DNA from: an uncultured Clostridium sp.
GTDB taxonomy: Bacteria > Bacillota > Clostridia > TANB77 > CAG-508
Assembly: GCA_947573965.1 (NCBI GenBank)
Contig: CANPHV010000003.1
Location: forward strand, 1 to 37,742
Direction of reading: 5' to 3'
Length of the DNA: 37,742 bases
The position numbers and the translations under genes were made by a program. Below, piece by piece: positions 17,426-27,375 of the stretch. The notes below the pieces were generated by a model, which saw only the letters and a list, made by a program, of their open reading frames with translations, was not told the DNA's origin and did no database searches. The stretch's first letter is position 1. Each line of letters starts with the position of its first letter.

Positions 17426-18160
17426 TTAATTATGGACCATTAATTCATTTTCAATATACTTTAACATTTCCCCAAAATCATTAAACTTATACTGGCATAA
17501 TCGATTAATCTCTTCTCGATTACTGTCAGAATACTTATCATAAATAACTGCCACTTCTATCTTAGCATAATTGGCCGCTTCTACCCCTATTAATGAGTCT
17601 TCTACAATTAAACATTGCCCTGGTTCTAAATTTAACTCTCTTAAAATCCTTTGATGAATTTCTGGATTTGGTTTTAATTCTTTTGCCGCTCCCTTTGCAT
17701 AGATAATAGAAAAATAATCTTCTAAATTCGCCTTCTTTTTTATGTTTTCGTTATCTTTCTTGTAGATTTCTATGGTATGGTCATTTGTGGTGCTAGCAAT
17801 GGCTAATAAAAATCCCTTTTCTTTTAGATATCTTAATACTTGTTCTGCTTGTGGTTTATAATCAATTTCTTCTTTTAAATACTGGTCTGCTATTTCATAT
17901 CTTAGTTTCTTGATTTCTTGCTTACTTAATTCTGCGCGATATTCCTCTTTTAAAAACTGACAATATTCTAAATAAGCATCTTCACATTTACTATATTCTT
18001 TTAATTTTTCATCTCTTCTTTTTCCAATATCAATTTTCTCATTGATTGGAATATTGGCAATTGTTTCAATTAATTTTTGGTCAATGGCATTCCAAATCCC
18101 AATCGAATCGATTAAGGTTCCATCTAAATCAAAAATAATTAACTTTTTCCCTTTTAACAT
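17426..18160 (-). CDS. HAD-family phosphatase (beta-PGM-like)
   Basis: IFDLDGTLIDS, KPNP and VEDSLIG motifs. Start re-called at ATG 18160, just after the upstream stop. Confidence 0.85.
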   Translation of the reverse strand: MLKGKKLIIFDLDGTLIDSIGIWNAIDQKLIETIANIPINEKIDIGKRRDEKLKEYSKCEDAYLEYCQFLKEEYRAELSKQEIKKLRYEIADQYLKEEIDYKPQAEQVLRYLKEKGFLLAIASTTNDHTIEIYKKDNENIKKKANLEDYFSIIYAKGAAKELKPNPEIHQRILRELNLEPGQCLIVEDSLIGVEAANYAKIEVAVIYDKYSDSNREEINRLCQYKFNDFGEMLKYIENELMVHN

Positions 18161-18165
18161 ATTTA

Positions 18166-18522
18166 TTATTCCTTTTCCCATATTCTGTTAATATTTTTAG
18201 CCTCTTTTTCTTTAATACAACTGTAAAGGTCAATATCCAAGTCATTACATACACACAATAACATATAAAACACGTCTGCTATTTCCTCTTCAACAGTATC
18301 ATAATGGTTAATTTTCTTCTTATCAATTGCTATATCTGTTGCATTTCTTCTAATTGCTTTTGCTAATTCGCCCACTTCTTCTAACAATAATAACATTACT
18401 TTTGTAATCTCTTGTTTATGAAAACCACGTATTTTATTTACACTTTTAACATAGTTTTGTACTTCTCTTAAAGTATTGGTTTCCTTTAAATTATTCCATA
18501 ACTCTAATTGTGATTTCTCCAT
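18166..18522 (-). CDS. MazG-like nucleotide pyrophosphohydrolase
   Basis: LLEEVGELAKAIR...EEIADVFY (ExxE...ExxD) motif. Confidence 0.85.
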   Translation of the reverse strand: MEKSQLELWNNLKETNTLREVQNYVKSVNKIRGFHKQEITKVMLLLLEEVGELAKAIRRNATDIAIDKKKINHYDTVEEEIADVFYMLLCVCNDLDIDLYSCIKEKEAKNINRIWEKE

Positions 18523-18532
18523 CCTATCTCTT

Positions 18533-19012
18533 TTAATCCTTTTCATAATTCAAATTTTCTATATTTTCTTGTTCGTCTACTACTAACTTCATTCTAAAAT
18601 TCGTATTTTTTTCGAATAAACTTTTTCGAAAAAAGCGATTTAGTATTACCATCCCTGCTAGTATCTTTTCTTTTTGGAATAGTTGTTCTATTTCTATCCA
18701 AGTTGAAAAATTATCTTCTGTCTCCTTTGGTTCTCCTTGATAAGTATGGGTAATAAAAATATCAAAAATAAGTTCTCTCGTTGGATATTCTATGATTAAA
18801 CTTCCTCTGCGTTCTAAATTCCCTACCTCTATTCCTGTTTCTTCTTTCATTTCTCGAATTGCTGCCTGCTCAGCGGTTTCTCCTTTTTCTATTTTGCCTC
18901 CTGGAATATCATAATATCCTTCTTTTTTGTTTCCACTTTTGTAACAAATGGATACCACTTTGTTTTCTTGTATCAAAAAACATTTTGCGGCTTTTCTAAT
19001 CGTTTTTTCCAT
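18533..19012 (-). CDS. NUDIX hydrolase (MutT-like)
   Basis: PGGKIEKGETAEQAAIREMKEETG canonical Nudix box. Confidence 0.9.
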   Translation of the reverse strand: MEKTIRKAAKCFLIQENKVVSICYKSGNKKEGYYDIPGGKIEKGETAEQAAIREMKEETGIEVGNLERRGSLIIEYPTRELIFDIFITHTYQGEPKETEDNFSTWIEIEQLFQKEKILAGMVILNRFFRKSLFEKNTNFRMKLVVDEQENIENLNYEKD

Positions 19013-19024
19013 TTCACACACCTC

Positions 19025-19534
19025 TTAACTATATTTTTCTTTGACGATAGCATATAATTCTTTGGCTCCCTTACTTAATTGGTTTTCTGGTACTTTTCCT
19101 ATTTGGTATCTTTCATATCCTAAATTCTTACTTGGCTCTGCTATTTGTAATTCGCCTCTTTTTAAACTTCCTTTATAAACAAGATAAATCCAATTTTGTT
19201 CTTTTGAATATCTTACGTCAAAAGTCTTAGCATAAGTTGCTATGATAAATTCTTCTATTTCAATGTCAGCTTCTTCTCCAACTTCTTCTATTATTTCTCT
19301 TTGTAATGCCGTTCTAAAGTTTTCGTCTGTTTCTTTCACTCTTCCACCAATGGTTTCTAGTTTTAGTCTTTCGTCTCTACAAGCTTCTCCTCTTCTTTGA
19401 AAAATAATTTTGTTGTCTTTATCAAAGGCATAGACAATGACTGCAACCTCATAATCGTCCACAATATTTCTATTGCTTTCTAGTTTCTGCTTTAATTCTT
19501 TCCTATCTTCTACTTCTTCTGAAAATAACTGCAT
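19025..19534 (-). CDS. NUDIX hydrolase
   Basis: IGGRVKETDENFRTALQREIIEEVG Nudix box. Confidence 0.85.
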   Translation of the reverse strand: MQLFSEEVEDRKELKQKLESNRNIVDDYEVAVIVYAFDKDNKIIFQRRGEACRDERLKLETIGGRVKETDENFRTALQREIIEEVGEEADIEIEEFIIATYAKTFDVRYSKEQNWIYLVYKGSLKRGELQIAEPSKNLGYERYQIGKVPENQLSKGAKELYAIVKEKYS

Positions 19535-19639
19535 TTTTCTCTCTCCTCTTTTCTATTTTATATCATAATACCTTATTTATTTCAACAAAAACACACATAT
19601 TCAACCTACAAAATTAATATCCATTAAAAAGGTGATAAT

Positions 19640-21022
19640 TTGAGAAAAACAAAAATCTTTCTAATCAATGGTTTCGTCTTAACCCTAACCGCATTAATCA
19701 TGAGAAGCATAGGCATGTTATTCAATTTATATGTATCAAACAAAATCGGTTCTGAAGCAGTTGGTGTCTTTAGTCTAGTCATGTCCGTTTACTTATTAGC
19801 CGTCACATTAGCTACCTCTGGCTTAAGCCTTGCTTGCACACGTATTGTTTCCGAACAACTTGCCCAAAAAAACTATTATGATGGATTAAAAGCTGTAAAA
19901 AGTTGTCTGCTTTTTGCTTGTTTTTTAGGAATAGGAAGTGCCATTCTAGTTCTATCATTCTCCCATGTTATTGCAAAAACTTGGTTAAAAGGTATGTTAT
20001 CTGCTAATCCTCTCTACCTAATTAGCATAGGACTCCCCTTTATTAGTATTTCAAGTGTACTAAATGGTTACTTTTCAGCTGTACGAAAAGGATATGCAAC
20101 TGCTTTTTCGCAAGTACTTGAATTATTAATCAAAATAGTCATCAGTATGGGATTTCTACATTTTAGTACTAGCCCAAAGGTTGAAACCATATGTATTTTC
20201 TTAATTTTAGCAGACGTTATTTCTGAGATTGCTTCTTGTAGCTTACTATTTCTTTTTTATCAAATAGATAAAGTTACCATTTGTAAAAGAGCCGTTAATA
20301 CGATTACCTTTAAAAAGAAAATATTACAAATTACCTTTCCTGTATCTGTTACCTCTTGTATCCGTTCTGGTTTATCTACCTTAAAGCAATTTCTAATTCC
20401 AAGTCGTTTGGTTTTATTTGGGTTGCCTTATAGTTTAGCTTTATCTGAATATGGAAAAATCAATGGGATGACTTTATCTATTTTGCTATTTCCCAGTGTA
20501 TTTATGAATTCTTTTAGTGGATTACTAATTCCTGAATTTTCTAGTTTAATGGCAAAACAATACAAAAAGAGAATTCATCAGATTTGTCAAAAAGTATTTT
20601 TGACCACCTTTCTTTTCTCTCTTAGTATTTCTCTTATTTTCTTTTTCTTTGCTAATAGATTTAGTTTATTGGTTTTTCACAATTTAGAATGTGGTACCTA
20701 CCTAAAAATTCTTTCTCCTCTTTTAATTTTTATGTATCCAGATACTATCATAGATAGTATGCTAAAAGGATTAAATAAACAATTTGAAGTTATGATTTGT
20801 AATATTTTGGATTTACTAATAATGATTGGTGTTTTGTACTTTTTACTACCTACCTTTGGAATAACTGGTTATCTTTTGGCTATTATCATAAGTGAAGTTT
20901 TCAATTTTTGTATTAGCTTTTTTCAATTACACCGTGCCACAGGTTTTAAAATGCCAGCACCTATGCTTTGCTGTTATATATTTTTCTTAGGTCTTAGTCT
21001 TTCTACTTTATGGATAATTTAA
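19640..21022 (+). CDS. SpoVB/MurJ-like polysaccharide flippase (MOP family)
   Basis: Polytopic membrane protein; IGSEAVG...SGL...LNGYF...LLIPEFS...MLKGL pattern of SpoVB-like proteins; TTG start behind AAGGTGA. Confidence 0.8.
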   Translation: MRKTKIFLINGFVLTLTALIMRSIGMLFNLYVSNKIGSEAVGVFSLVMSVYLLAVTLATSGLSLACTRIVSEQLAQKNYYDGLKAVKSCLLFACFLGIGSAILVLSFSHVIAKTWLKGMLSANPLYLISIGLPFISISSVLNGYFSAVRKGYATAFSQVLELLIKIVISMGFLHFSTSPKVETICIFLILADVISEIASCSLLFLFYQIDKVTICKRAVNTITFKKKILQITFPVSVTSCIRSGLSTLKQFLIPSRLVLFGLPYSLALSEYGKINGMTLSILLFPSVFMNSFSGLLIPEFSSLMAKQYKKRIHQICQKVFLTTFLFSLSISLIFFFFANRFSLLVFHNLECGTYLKILSPLLIFMYPDTIIDSMLKGLNKQFEVMICNILDLLIMIGVLYFLLPTFGITGYLLAIIISEVFNFCISFFQLHRATGFKMPAPMLCCYIFFLGLSLSTLWII

Positions 21023-21813
21023 GTTCCTGTACTTCTGTATTTTTTTAAGGCTAAATTCCAAAGTTTAATGGCAATAACCCATAAAATAATAGCAACAAAT
21101 GGCGACCAATAAATCATGTATGGATTTAATCCTAAATAATCCATCGTAGGATAATACGCTACAAAAGCAAAAGGAAGAATAAGCGTTATTAGTATCTTAA
21201 TCAACTTGTTGTAAATATCAATTGGATATTCGGTAAAGGTATAAACTCTATAAAATGTCCATATTATTTCATTTGATTTGTAAGTCCAAAAGGAAGATAT
21301 ACTAAAGATTACCTCAATAGCCCCAATAATTAAGGCCCCTATGATACTAAAAAATATAATTTTAAAAATCAAAATGGCAGTTATTGGAATCGCAAGGTCT
21401 ACTAGCATATAGATGGTTAATCCTAAGCCTATCAAAACGTCTCCTACTGCTGTAAATTCATCCGAACTTCCAATAATGGAAAGAAGTGGATGAACTGGTC
21501 TTAATAAAATTTTGTCAAAGTCTCCTCTTCTAAGGTACTCTGGACCAAGTTGATACAACTCATCAAAACAATAGCCAGCAATACCAACTGGAATTCTAGT
21601 AATACCATACAATAATAAAATTTGTTTAAAATTCCAACCTGCTAAAGTTTCTGTATTTTGAAAGACAATTAAAATAAAAATCAAACTAACCAATTGGACT
21701 ACCAATTGAGAACAAGCCCCAACGATACAGTCCACTCTATAAATTAGAATTTCTTTTAAAGACATTTTTAACAAAGAAAAATATAAACTTACATTATCTC
21801 GTAGTTTTCTCAT
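21019..21813 (-). CDS. ABC-2 type permease (DUF990 family)
   Basis: LAGWN...GDFDKILLRPVHPL...YPIDIY...LPFAFVAYYP...YRSTG. Confidence 0.85.
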   Translation of the reverse strand: MRKLRDNVSLYFSLLKMSLKEILIYRVDCIVGACSQLVVQLVSLIFILIVFQNTETLAGWNFKQILLLYGITRIPVGIAGYCFDELYQLGPEYLRRGDFDKILLRPVHPLLSIIGSSDEFTAVGDVLIGLGLTIYMLVDLAIPITAILIFKIIFFSIIGALIIGAIEVIFSISSFWTYKSNEIIWTFYRVYTFTEYPIDIYNKLIKILITLILPFAFVAYYPTMDYLGLNPYMIYWSPFVAIILWVIAIKLWNLALKKYRSTGT

Positions 21814-21814
21814 G

Positions 21815-22609
21815 TTATCCCCCATTTATCGTTATATTTTTAATCGCATGGTCAAAGAACTTTTTGGCTATCACATAAAGAATTAAGCCCCATATCATTT
21901 GTTTGATTATCACAAAAATAATCTCTTCATAACTTACTTCTCCTAACCATATATTAATTGGTGTATAGATTAATTCTTTAAAAGGCAAATAGTCAGATAG
22001 GTTTTGAAACCACACAGGAAACAAACTAATGGGAGCAACAATGCCAGAAAATATCTGTATGACTGCTTTTCTCAATATCTGCATTCCCCAAATAGAATTG
22101 GTATAAAAACCACAAGTTCCTATTATCATTTGAAGAAAGAAGGTAGTTGGAATACCGAGAAACATAACGAAAAAGCACAAAATGAAATTAAGTACATTGG
22201 TTGGCATTCTTAATTCCCAAAAGAAAGCTCCTAAAATAAAGACAGCCATCCCCACTATTATTGCAAAAGCTAATTCCCCTAAATTTAGTCCAAAGTAATA
22301 TTTAAAATAAGAAATCGGATTTAACAATTCTTTGTTAATTTGTCCTGTCCTTATCGAATAGGCCATATCTTCATTTATTCCCCAAGTGGCAAAAGAACTA
22401 AAAGCAATTGCCAATAGATAATAAGTTACCATTTGTGATAAATTAGCAAAATCACCAGCATTTCCTGTTTGATGATAAATCGCTTGCCATACAAAGATAT
22501 ACACGACAACCTCTACCATTCTGTTTAGGGTAAATAGCCAAAAATTCGATTGATATATGGTATATTGTTTCAATTGCATTTTTCCTAATGCTATCATTGT
22601 TTTTAACAT
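21815..22609 (-). CDS. ABC-2 type permease (DUF990 family)
   Basis: IRTGQINKELLNP...FSGIVAPISLFP...LPF..LIYTP...INGG. Confidence 0.85.
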   Translation of the reverse strand: MLKTMIALGKMQLKQYTIYQSNFWLFTLNRMVEVVVYIFVWQAIYHQTGNAGDFANLSQMVTYYLLAIAFSSFATWGINEDMAYSIRTGQINKELLNPISYFKYYFGLNLGELAFAIIVGMAVFILGAFFWELRMPTNVLNFILCFFVMFLGIPTTFFLQMIIGTCGFYTNSIWGMQILRKAVIQIFSGIVAPISLFPVWFQNLSDYLPFKELIYTPINIWLGEVSYEEIIFVIIKQMIWGLILYVIAKKFFDHAIKNITINGG

Positions 22610-23592
22610 GAATGTGCTCCTTTATAAATTTCCTTTAATATTTCTTCTAGTTCTGCTTCTTTCATATGAATATCCTCTATCTTACAAAATTTAGAAAGTT
22701 CATCGATTACCTTTACAATGGTTGTTTCTTCATGACTAAATTTTATTTTTAAGGTATTTTCGGTTTCTTCTAATATATCTACTTTATTTAAAGTAATACC
22801 ATTTTTCTTCTTATCTTTTAGATTAAAGTCTGCTATTACATATTTTCCATAGGTATCTTTAAATTTTTGCTTGTCTCCGTCATAGATTATCTTTCCCTTG
22901 TCTAATAAAATAATTCGATTACATACGTCCTCAATATCGTTTAAGTCATGGGTCGTTAAAATTACAGTGGTATTTTTTTCTTGGTTAATATCTTTTATGA
23001 ATTTTCTTATTTTTTCTTTTACAAATACGTCTAATCCAATGGTCGGTTCATCTAAATATACAATTTTAGGATTGTGTAAAAAGGTAGCTGCTATTTCGCA
23101 TCTCATTTTTTGACCTAAACTTAAATTTTTGACCTGTTTTTCTAGCAAATCTTCTAATTCTAATAGTTGTGAAAATTTCTTTAAGTTTTTTCGATATTCA
23201 TTTTCTGGTATTTTGTACATTTTGCGAATTAAACGAAAAGACTCAATTACTGGTAAGTCCCACCACAATTGAGTTTTTTGTCCGAATACAGCACCAATTT
23301 TTTGATTATTTTGTATTCTTTTTTCATTTGGCACAATGCCATCTACTCTTACTTCCCCAGAAGTTGGCGTCAATAATCCTGTTAACATTTTTATGGTGGT
23401 CGATTTTCCAGCACCATTTTCACCTATGTAACCTACTAGTTCTCCTTCTTGGATTTGAAAATTAATACCTTTTACGGCTTTAAATTCTTTGTATTTTGGC
23501 TTTATTAGGTTTTTTAAGTAACCTATCATCCCTTCTTCTTTTTCTATAGTTTTGTATGTTTTAATCAAATTTTTCACTTCTATGATTGCCAT
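22603..23592 (-). CDS. ABC transporter ATP-binding protein
   Basis: GENGAGKST, LSLGQ, LDEPTIGLD and TTH motifs. Confidence 0.93.
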   Translation of the reverse strand: MAIIEVKNLIKTYKTIEKEEGMIGYLKNLIKPKYKEFKAVKGINFQIQEGELVGYIGENGAGKSTTIKMLTGLLTPTSGEVRVDGIVPNEKRIQNNQKIGAVFGQKTQLWWDLPVIESFRLIRKMYKIPENEYRKNLKKFSQLLELEDLLEKQVKNLSLGQKMRCEIAATFLHNPKIVYLDEPTIGLDVFVKEKIRKFIKDINQEKNTTVILTTHDLNDIEDVCNRIILLDKGKIIYDGDKQKFKDTYGKYVIADFNLKDKKKNGITLNKVDILEETENTLKIKFSHEETTIVKVIDELSKFCKIEDIHMKEAELEEILKEIYKGAHSC

Positions 23593-23601
23593 TGTTCTCC
23601 C

Positions 23602-24171
23602 CTACTTTGTAAATAAAATTTCAATGATTGTTTCATATCTATTTTTCAATAATTCCTTTGACTTTGCACTTAATCTATCATAGTCTCTTTCTAACTTTCC
23701 CTTTACATATTTGGTACCTTCTGGTATGGACATTTGCTTTTCTTTGAAGGCTAGCGAAAACAAAGAAGGAATACAATCAAAATGGGCAATTGCGTCAGCA
23801 TCTGCAATGCATTGTTCTTCCACAGTCTCTCTTTTTAAATTCGTACTTGCCCTATGGTTTAAAACACATTTTTTTACTAATTCTATTTTTTCTTTTGGAT
23901 AATCTAGTTTGTTTAATAATTCTTCTGCTATTTTTGCTCCATAGATATGGTGTTCGTCCCTAGAACCATATTCACTTGGCATAGAAATATCATGCAATAA
24001 AGCTCCTAATTCTACTATTTCTATATCTGCTCCCTGTTCTTTCGCTAATTCTACGGCATTTTTCACCACATATTGAATATGCTCCTCCCAAAAGTCATAA
24101 CCTGTTTTTTCTTGATAAGTTCTGCAACGGTTTAATAATTCCTCTTTTATTTTTTCTGTTATTTCACTCAT
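23602..24171 (-). CDS. HD-domain phosphohydrolase
   Basis: H...ALLHDI...HH...H...DAD metal-binding pattern. Confidence 0.85.
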   Translation of the reverse strand: MSEITEKIKEELLNRCRTYQEKTGYDFWEEHIQYVVKNAVELAKEQGADIEIVELGALLHDISMPSEYGSRDEHHIYGAKIAEELLNKLDYPKEKIELVKKCVLNHRASTNLKRETVEEQCIADADAIAHFDCIPSLFSLAFKEKQMSIPEGTKYVKGKLERDYDRLSAKSKELLKNRYETIIEILFTK

Positions 24172-24183
24172 TTCCTTCCTCCT

Positions 24184-24888
24184 CTATAAAATATCTTGTA
24201 TCTCATCCCAGTTCCTTATTTGAAAATCTGGATATATATCACTTGTATTCATTTGATTGACAGGGTTATACCAAATAGTTTGTATTTGAGCATTTTTCGC
24301 TCCTTTCATGTCTTTCTCTAAGCTATCCCCTATCATAACTGCTTCTTTCGGCTTTCTATTTATTTTTTCTAACAAAACATTAAAAATTTCTGGATTAGGT
24401 TTAGATACACCAACCTCTTCTGAAACAATAATATCGGATATATATTTTCCTATTCTACTATTCACTATTCTAGGCTTTTGTAACTTGACCAACCCATTTG
24501 TTATCACATATAAATCATATCCTTTATGATATAAATATTTTATATTTTTCTCTACACCTTCTTCTAAATCACAAGCATTAACTAAACCTTCTTGAAATAA
24601 TTGATTTGCTTTTTCATAGTTGTTATAGTCTATCTGTATTTTCTGAAAAAAGACTTTAAAACGATAATTAGGTATTTCTTCTTTTGTTACAATACTTTGA
24701 TTTTTTGCCGCATTATCCCATAGCGTTCTATCTAAAGGTCTAAAGATATCTTGGTATTCTTCTTTATATTCTTCTTTTATTCCATTAAATACATTTAGTA
24801 GCGCTTGTCTTTCACATTTTTTATGGTCAATTATGGTATTATCCGCATCTAGCAATATAATTTTAATATCTTCTATCACTTCTATCAC
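24184..24888 (-). CDS. YjjG-family HAD pyrimidine 5'-nucleotidase
   Basis: LLDADNTI, ITNG, SEEVGVSKPNPEIF, MIGDSLEKD; the start may be GTG 24879. Confidence 0.85.
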   Translation of the reverse strand: MIEVIEDIKIILLDADNTIIDHKKCERQALLNVFNGIKEEYKEEYQDIFRPLDRTLWDNAAKNQSIVTKEEIPNYRFKVFFQKIQIDYNNYEKANQLFQEGLVNACDLEEGVEKNIKYLYHKGYDLYVITNGLVKLQKPRIVNSRIGKYISDIIVSEEVGVSKPNPEIFNVLLEKINRKPKEAVMIGDSLEKDMKGAKNAQIQTIWYNPVNQMNTSDIYPDFQIRNWDEIQDIL

Positions 24889-24915
24889 CTCTTCCTTAAT
24901 TTACCATAAAAGCCT

Positions 24916-24947
24916 AAAAAAGACAATATCTGTCTTAGATATTGTCT
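24916..24947 (-). terminator. Intrinsic terminator after the SOD gene
   Basis: Perfect 11-bp stem AGACAATATCT/AGATATTGTCT with a U-tract on the minus strand. Confidence 0.75.
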
Positions 24948-25533
24948 AAATCTTAGAAAAACGTCTATTAACCTCATTCCAATTAATAATATTCCAAAAA
25001 GCATCAATATAATCTGGTCTTTTTGTCTTATATTGAAGATAATAAGAATGTTCCCACATATCTAGCACTAGAAGCGGTTTACATCCCCATAAAGTAAGAT
25101 TTTGATGCTTTTCACATTGTAAAATTTCAAGTTTATTCCATTCAGGAACCCAAACCAATAGACACCAACCAGATGCTTCCACCGCTGAACTTGCCTCTCT
25201 AAACTGAGACTTAAAAGCTTCGTAACTACCAAAATCTCGCATAATCTTTTCCATCAATTGGATACTTGGTTCTGTTGGAATAGCTGGACCCATATTCTGG
25301 AAAAATAACTCATGTAAAATAGCCCCTGAACCAAAAAAGCTTAAGTTTTTCTCATAGCATTTAATATTCGAAAAATCATTACTTTTTCTTGCTTGTTCTA
25401 GCTTTTCTTCTGTTTTATTCGTATTGTCAACATATCCTTTATATAATACTTGATAGTGCAATTCTAAAGTTTCCTTTGAATAATAAGGCTCTAAAGCATT
25501 TAACGGATATGGTAATTCTATCATTTTTAACAT
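24946..25533 (-). CDS. Fe/Mn superoxide dismutase
   Basis: LPYPLNALEP, LHELFF, SGW and DMWEHSYY signature. Confidence 0.92.
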   Translation of the reverse strand: MLKMIELPYPLNALEPYYSKETLELHYQVLYKGYVDNTNKTEEKLEQARKSNDFSNIKCYEKNLSFFGSGAILHELFFQNMGPAIPTEPSIQLMEKIMRDFGSYEAFKSQFREASSAVEASGWCLLVWVPEWNKLEILQCEKHQNLTLWGCKPLLVLDMWEHSYYLQYKTKRPDYIDAFWNIINWNEVNRRFSKI

Positions 25534-25664
25534 AACAACCTCCCTTGTTATATATATCCTAATTTTGAAAAAATATCACTTTGTCATAAAAATGTAATAT
25601 TTCTTCCTTTGTTTTTCTGGTATAATAATAAAAGTAAATTACAAAAGATTAAGGAGGATTTTTT

Positions 25665-26648
25665 ATGCTTTTTTACCATTTCAATTGTTTAAATGATTTT
25701 ATTAAAAGTGATTTAATGACTAGTTTGAAAGCAGAAAAAGAAGATTTAAAACAAACTTTGCACTTATACAATAGCAAAAAAATGAATTTACTATCCATCA
25801 CTACCAATATGCTTAGTATGTCAAATGCCCTAGATAAAAACCAATTAGAAAACTTCTACGAAACCGTTTCTTTGTTAAAAAAATCCTTTGAGCATATAAA
25901 TAATATACAAGAATTAACCACCAAGCTAGATAATGACTTAACTTCTATCATTTCATTATATGACAAAAGTTTAGATTATCATTTTGATGAAATCAAAGCC
26001 AATTTAGTAGAATATAATAAACAAAGAGACGAATTAACACATAAAATTTTAGAATTTGAAACAATGAATACTAGCATCTTAAATGCTACCATCAAATTGT
26101 CGTTAAACCTTTCACACAAAACACATAAAAAAATAGAAAAACAACCAATACAAATTCCAGAAAATGTCAAACCTCAAAAAGATACAGTAAAAGTTGATAT
26201 AGAATTAGAACCTCACGATAACAATGTGCTTATCGTTTCTGAAAAAGAACAAAAAGCCTACCTACCATTTTTTTACGCAACCGTAAAAGAAATCTATCAA
26301 AATCCAGAAAATCACTATGCAACAATGCAAGACGTAGTTGACGAATTGTATGTTGTACCTTTGGAAAACTTTAAAAATTCTAGCCTTGCTAGATTTAGAG
26401 AAGCTTTTCGCTTAATTCGTGAAAAAGAAAAAGCTTCTGTTAGTAAAGCTTTCGACTTAGGATTAGAATTAATGTTCCGTCATGAACTAAATCCTGTTAT
26501 AATAGCTGCTTGTCGAAACTTAGACGAATTAGATATCTATCTATCTTACTTAGAAGACCATCAAGCTTATGAATTTTCATGTTTTGAAATCAAATTCGAA
26601 GTCATGCCACAATTAGTAAAAAAATCCAAAAATACCTTTTCTTTCTAA
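25665..26648 (+). CDS. Hypothetical protein: N-terminal coiled coil plus globular C-terminal domain
   Basis: 327-aa ORF with AAGGAGG RBS, upstream TGGTATAAT and a downstream hairpin (26628-26659); no motif recognised. Confidence 0.75.
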   Translation: MLFYHFNCLNDFIKSDLMTSLKAEKEDLKQTLHLYNSKKMNLLSITTNMLSMSNALDKNQLENFYETVSLLKKSFEHINNIQELTTKLDNDLTSIISLYDKSLDYHFDEIKANLVEYNKQRDELTHKILEFETMNTSILNATIKLSLNLSHKTHKKIEKQPIQIPENVKPQKDTVKVDIELEPHDNNVLIVSEKEQKAYLPFFYATVKEIYQNPENHYATMQDVVDELYVVPLENFKNSSLARFREAFRLIREKEKASVSKAFDLGLELMFRHELNPVIIAACRNLDELDIYLSYLEDHQAYEFSCFEIKFEVMPQLVKKSKNTFSF

Positions 26649-26686
26649 GGTATTTTTTTATTTAATTTGTACAAACTAAAATTATT

Positions 26687-27361
26687 ATGAATCAAATTTT
26701 AAGTACAAAAAGCGATGTCCACTTTAGGGACTGTCCCAGAAAGGGACAAAAAAGAAAAAATTGGTTTCGCTTTCAATTTTCTGTTTCTATTTTTATTGTG
26801 TTATTTTTAGTATGTGGTGCTGCTTTCTATTTCTATCGTTTGGGGCAAAAAGAAGATTTTTCTGACCGTCTACTTGCTAATTATAATATTTATCGATTGT
26901 ATAGCAATCCTGAGCAATCTGCCACTACTGAACAAATAGATGAAGAAAGACAAGAAAGTAGTAATAATGATCTTTTTGGAATTATTGAAATTCCGAAAAT
27001 TGGCTTATATTATCCTGTGTTTTCTCATTTATCTGAAGAATTACTAAAAGTTTCTCCTTGCAAATTTTATGGTTCTTCTCCTAAGGAAAATGGAAATATT
27101 TGCATTGCTGGCCATAATTATGATAATACCTTATTTTTTAGTAAAATTTCTTCTCTTTCTCCTAATGATACCATTCTTCTATATGATAAAGAAGGAGCAA
27201 AATATCTTTATTTTGTTTATGAAAAGTATGAAGTATCTGCTTCAGATTTATCTCCCGTTTTAAACTATAACCCTAATGAAAAAACGTTAACTTTAGTTAC
27301 CTGTAATAATTTTAACAATAATCGTATTATTCTTAAGGCAAAACAAAAAAAGCTTTTATAA
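26687..27361 (+). CDS. Sortase
   Basis: N-terminal TM; IEIPKI, IAGHN, TLVTC and R catalytic triad (His/Cys/Arg). Confidence 0.92.
   Translation: MNQILSTKSDVHFRDCPRKGQKRKNWFRFQFSVSIFIVLFLVCGAAFYFYRLGQKEDFSDRLLANYNIYRLYSNPEQSATTEQIDEERQESSNNDLFGIIEIPKIGLYYPVFSHLSEELLKVSPCKFYGSSPKENGNICIAGHNYDNTLFFSKISSLSPNDTILLYDKEGAKYLYFVYEKYEVSASDLSPVLNYNPNEKTLTLVTCNNFNNNRIILKAKQKKLL
26715..26743 (+). repeat. GGGAC/GTCCC palindromic repeat, copy 1, inside the sortase CDS
   Basis: ATGTCCACTTTAGGGACTGTCCCAGAAAG; 28/29 identical to the reverse complement of 29096-29124. Confidence 0.85.
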
Positions 27362-27375
27362 AAAGCTTTTTTGTT
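27342..27375. terminator. Bidirectional terminator between sortase and the LPKTG gene
   Basis: AACAAAAAAAGCTTTT-ATA-AAAAGCTTTTTTGTT palindrome. Confidence 0.7.
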
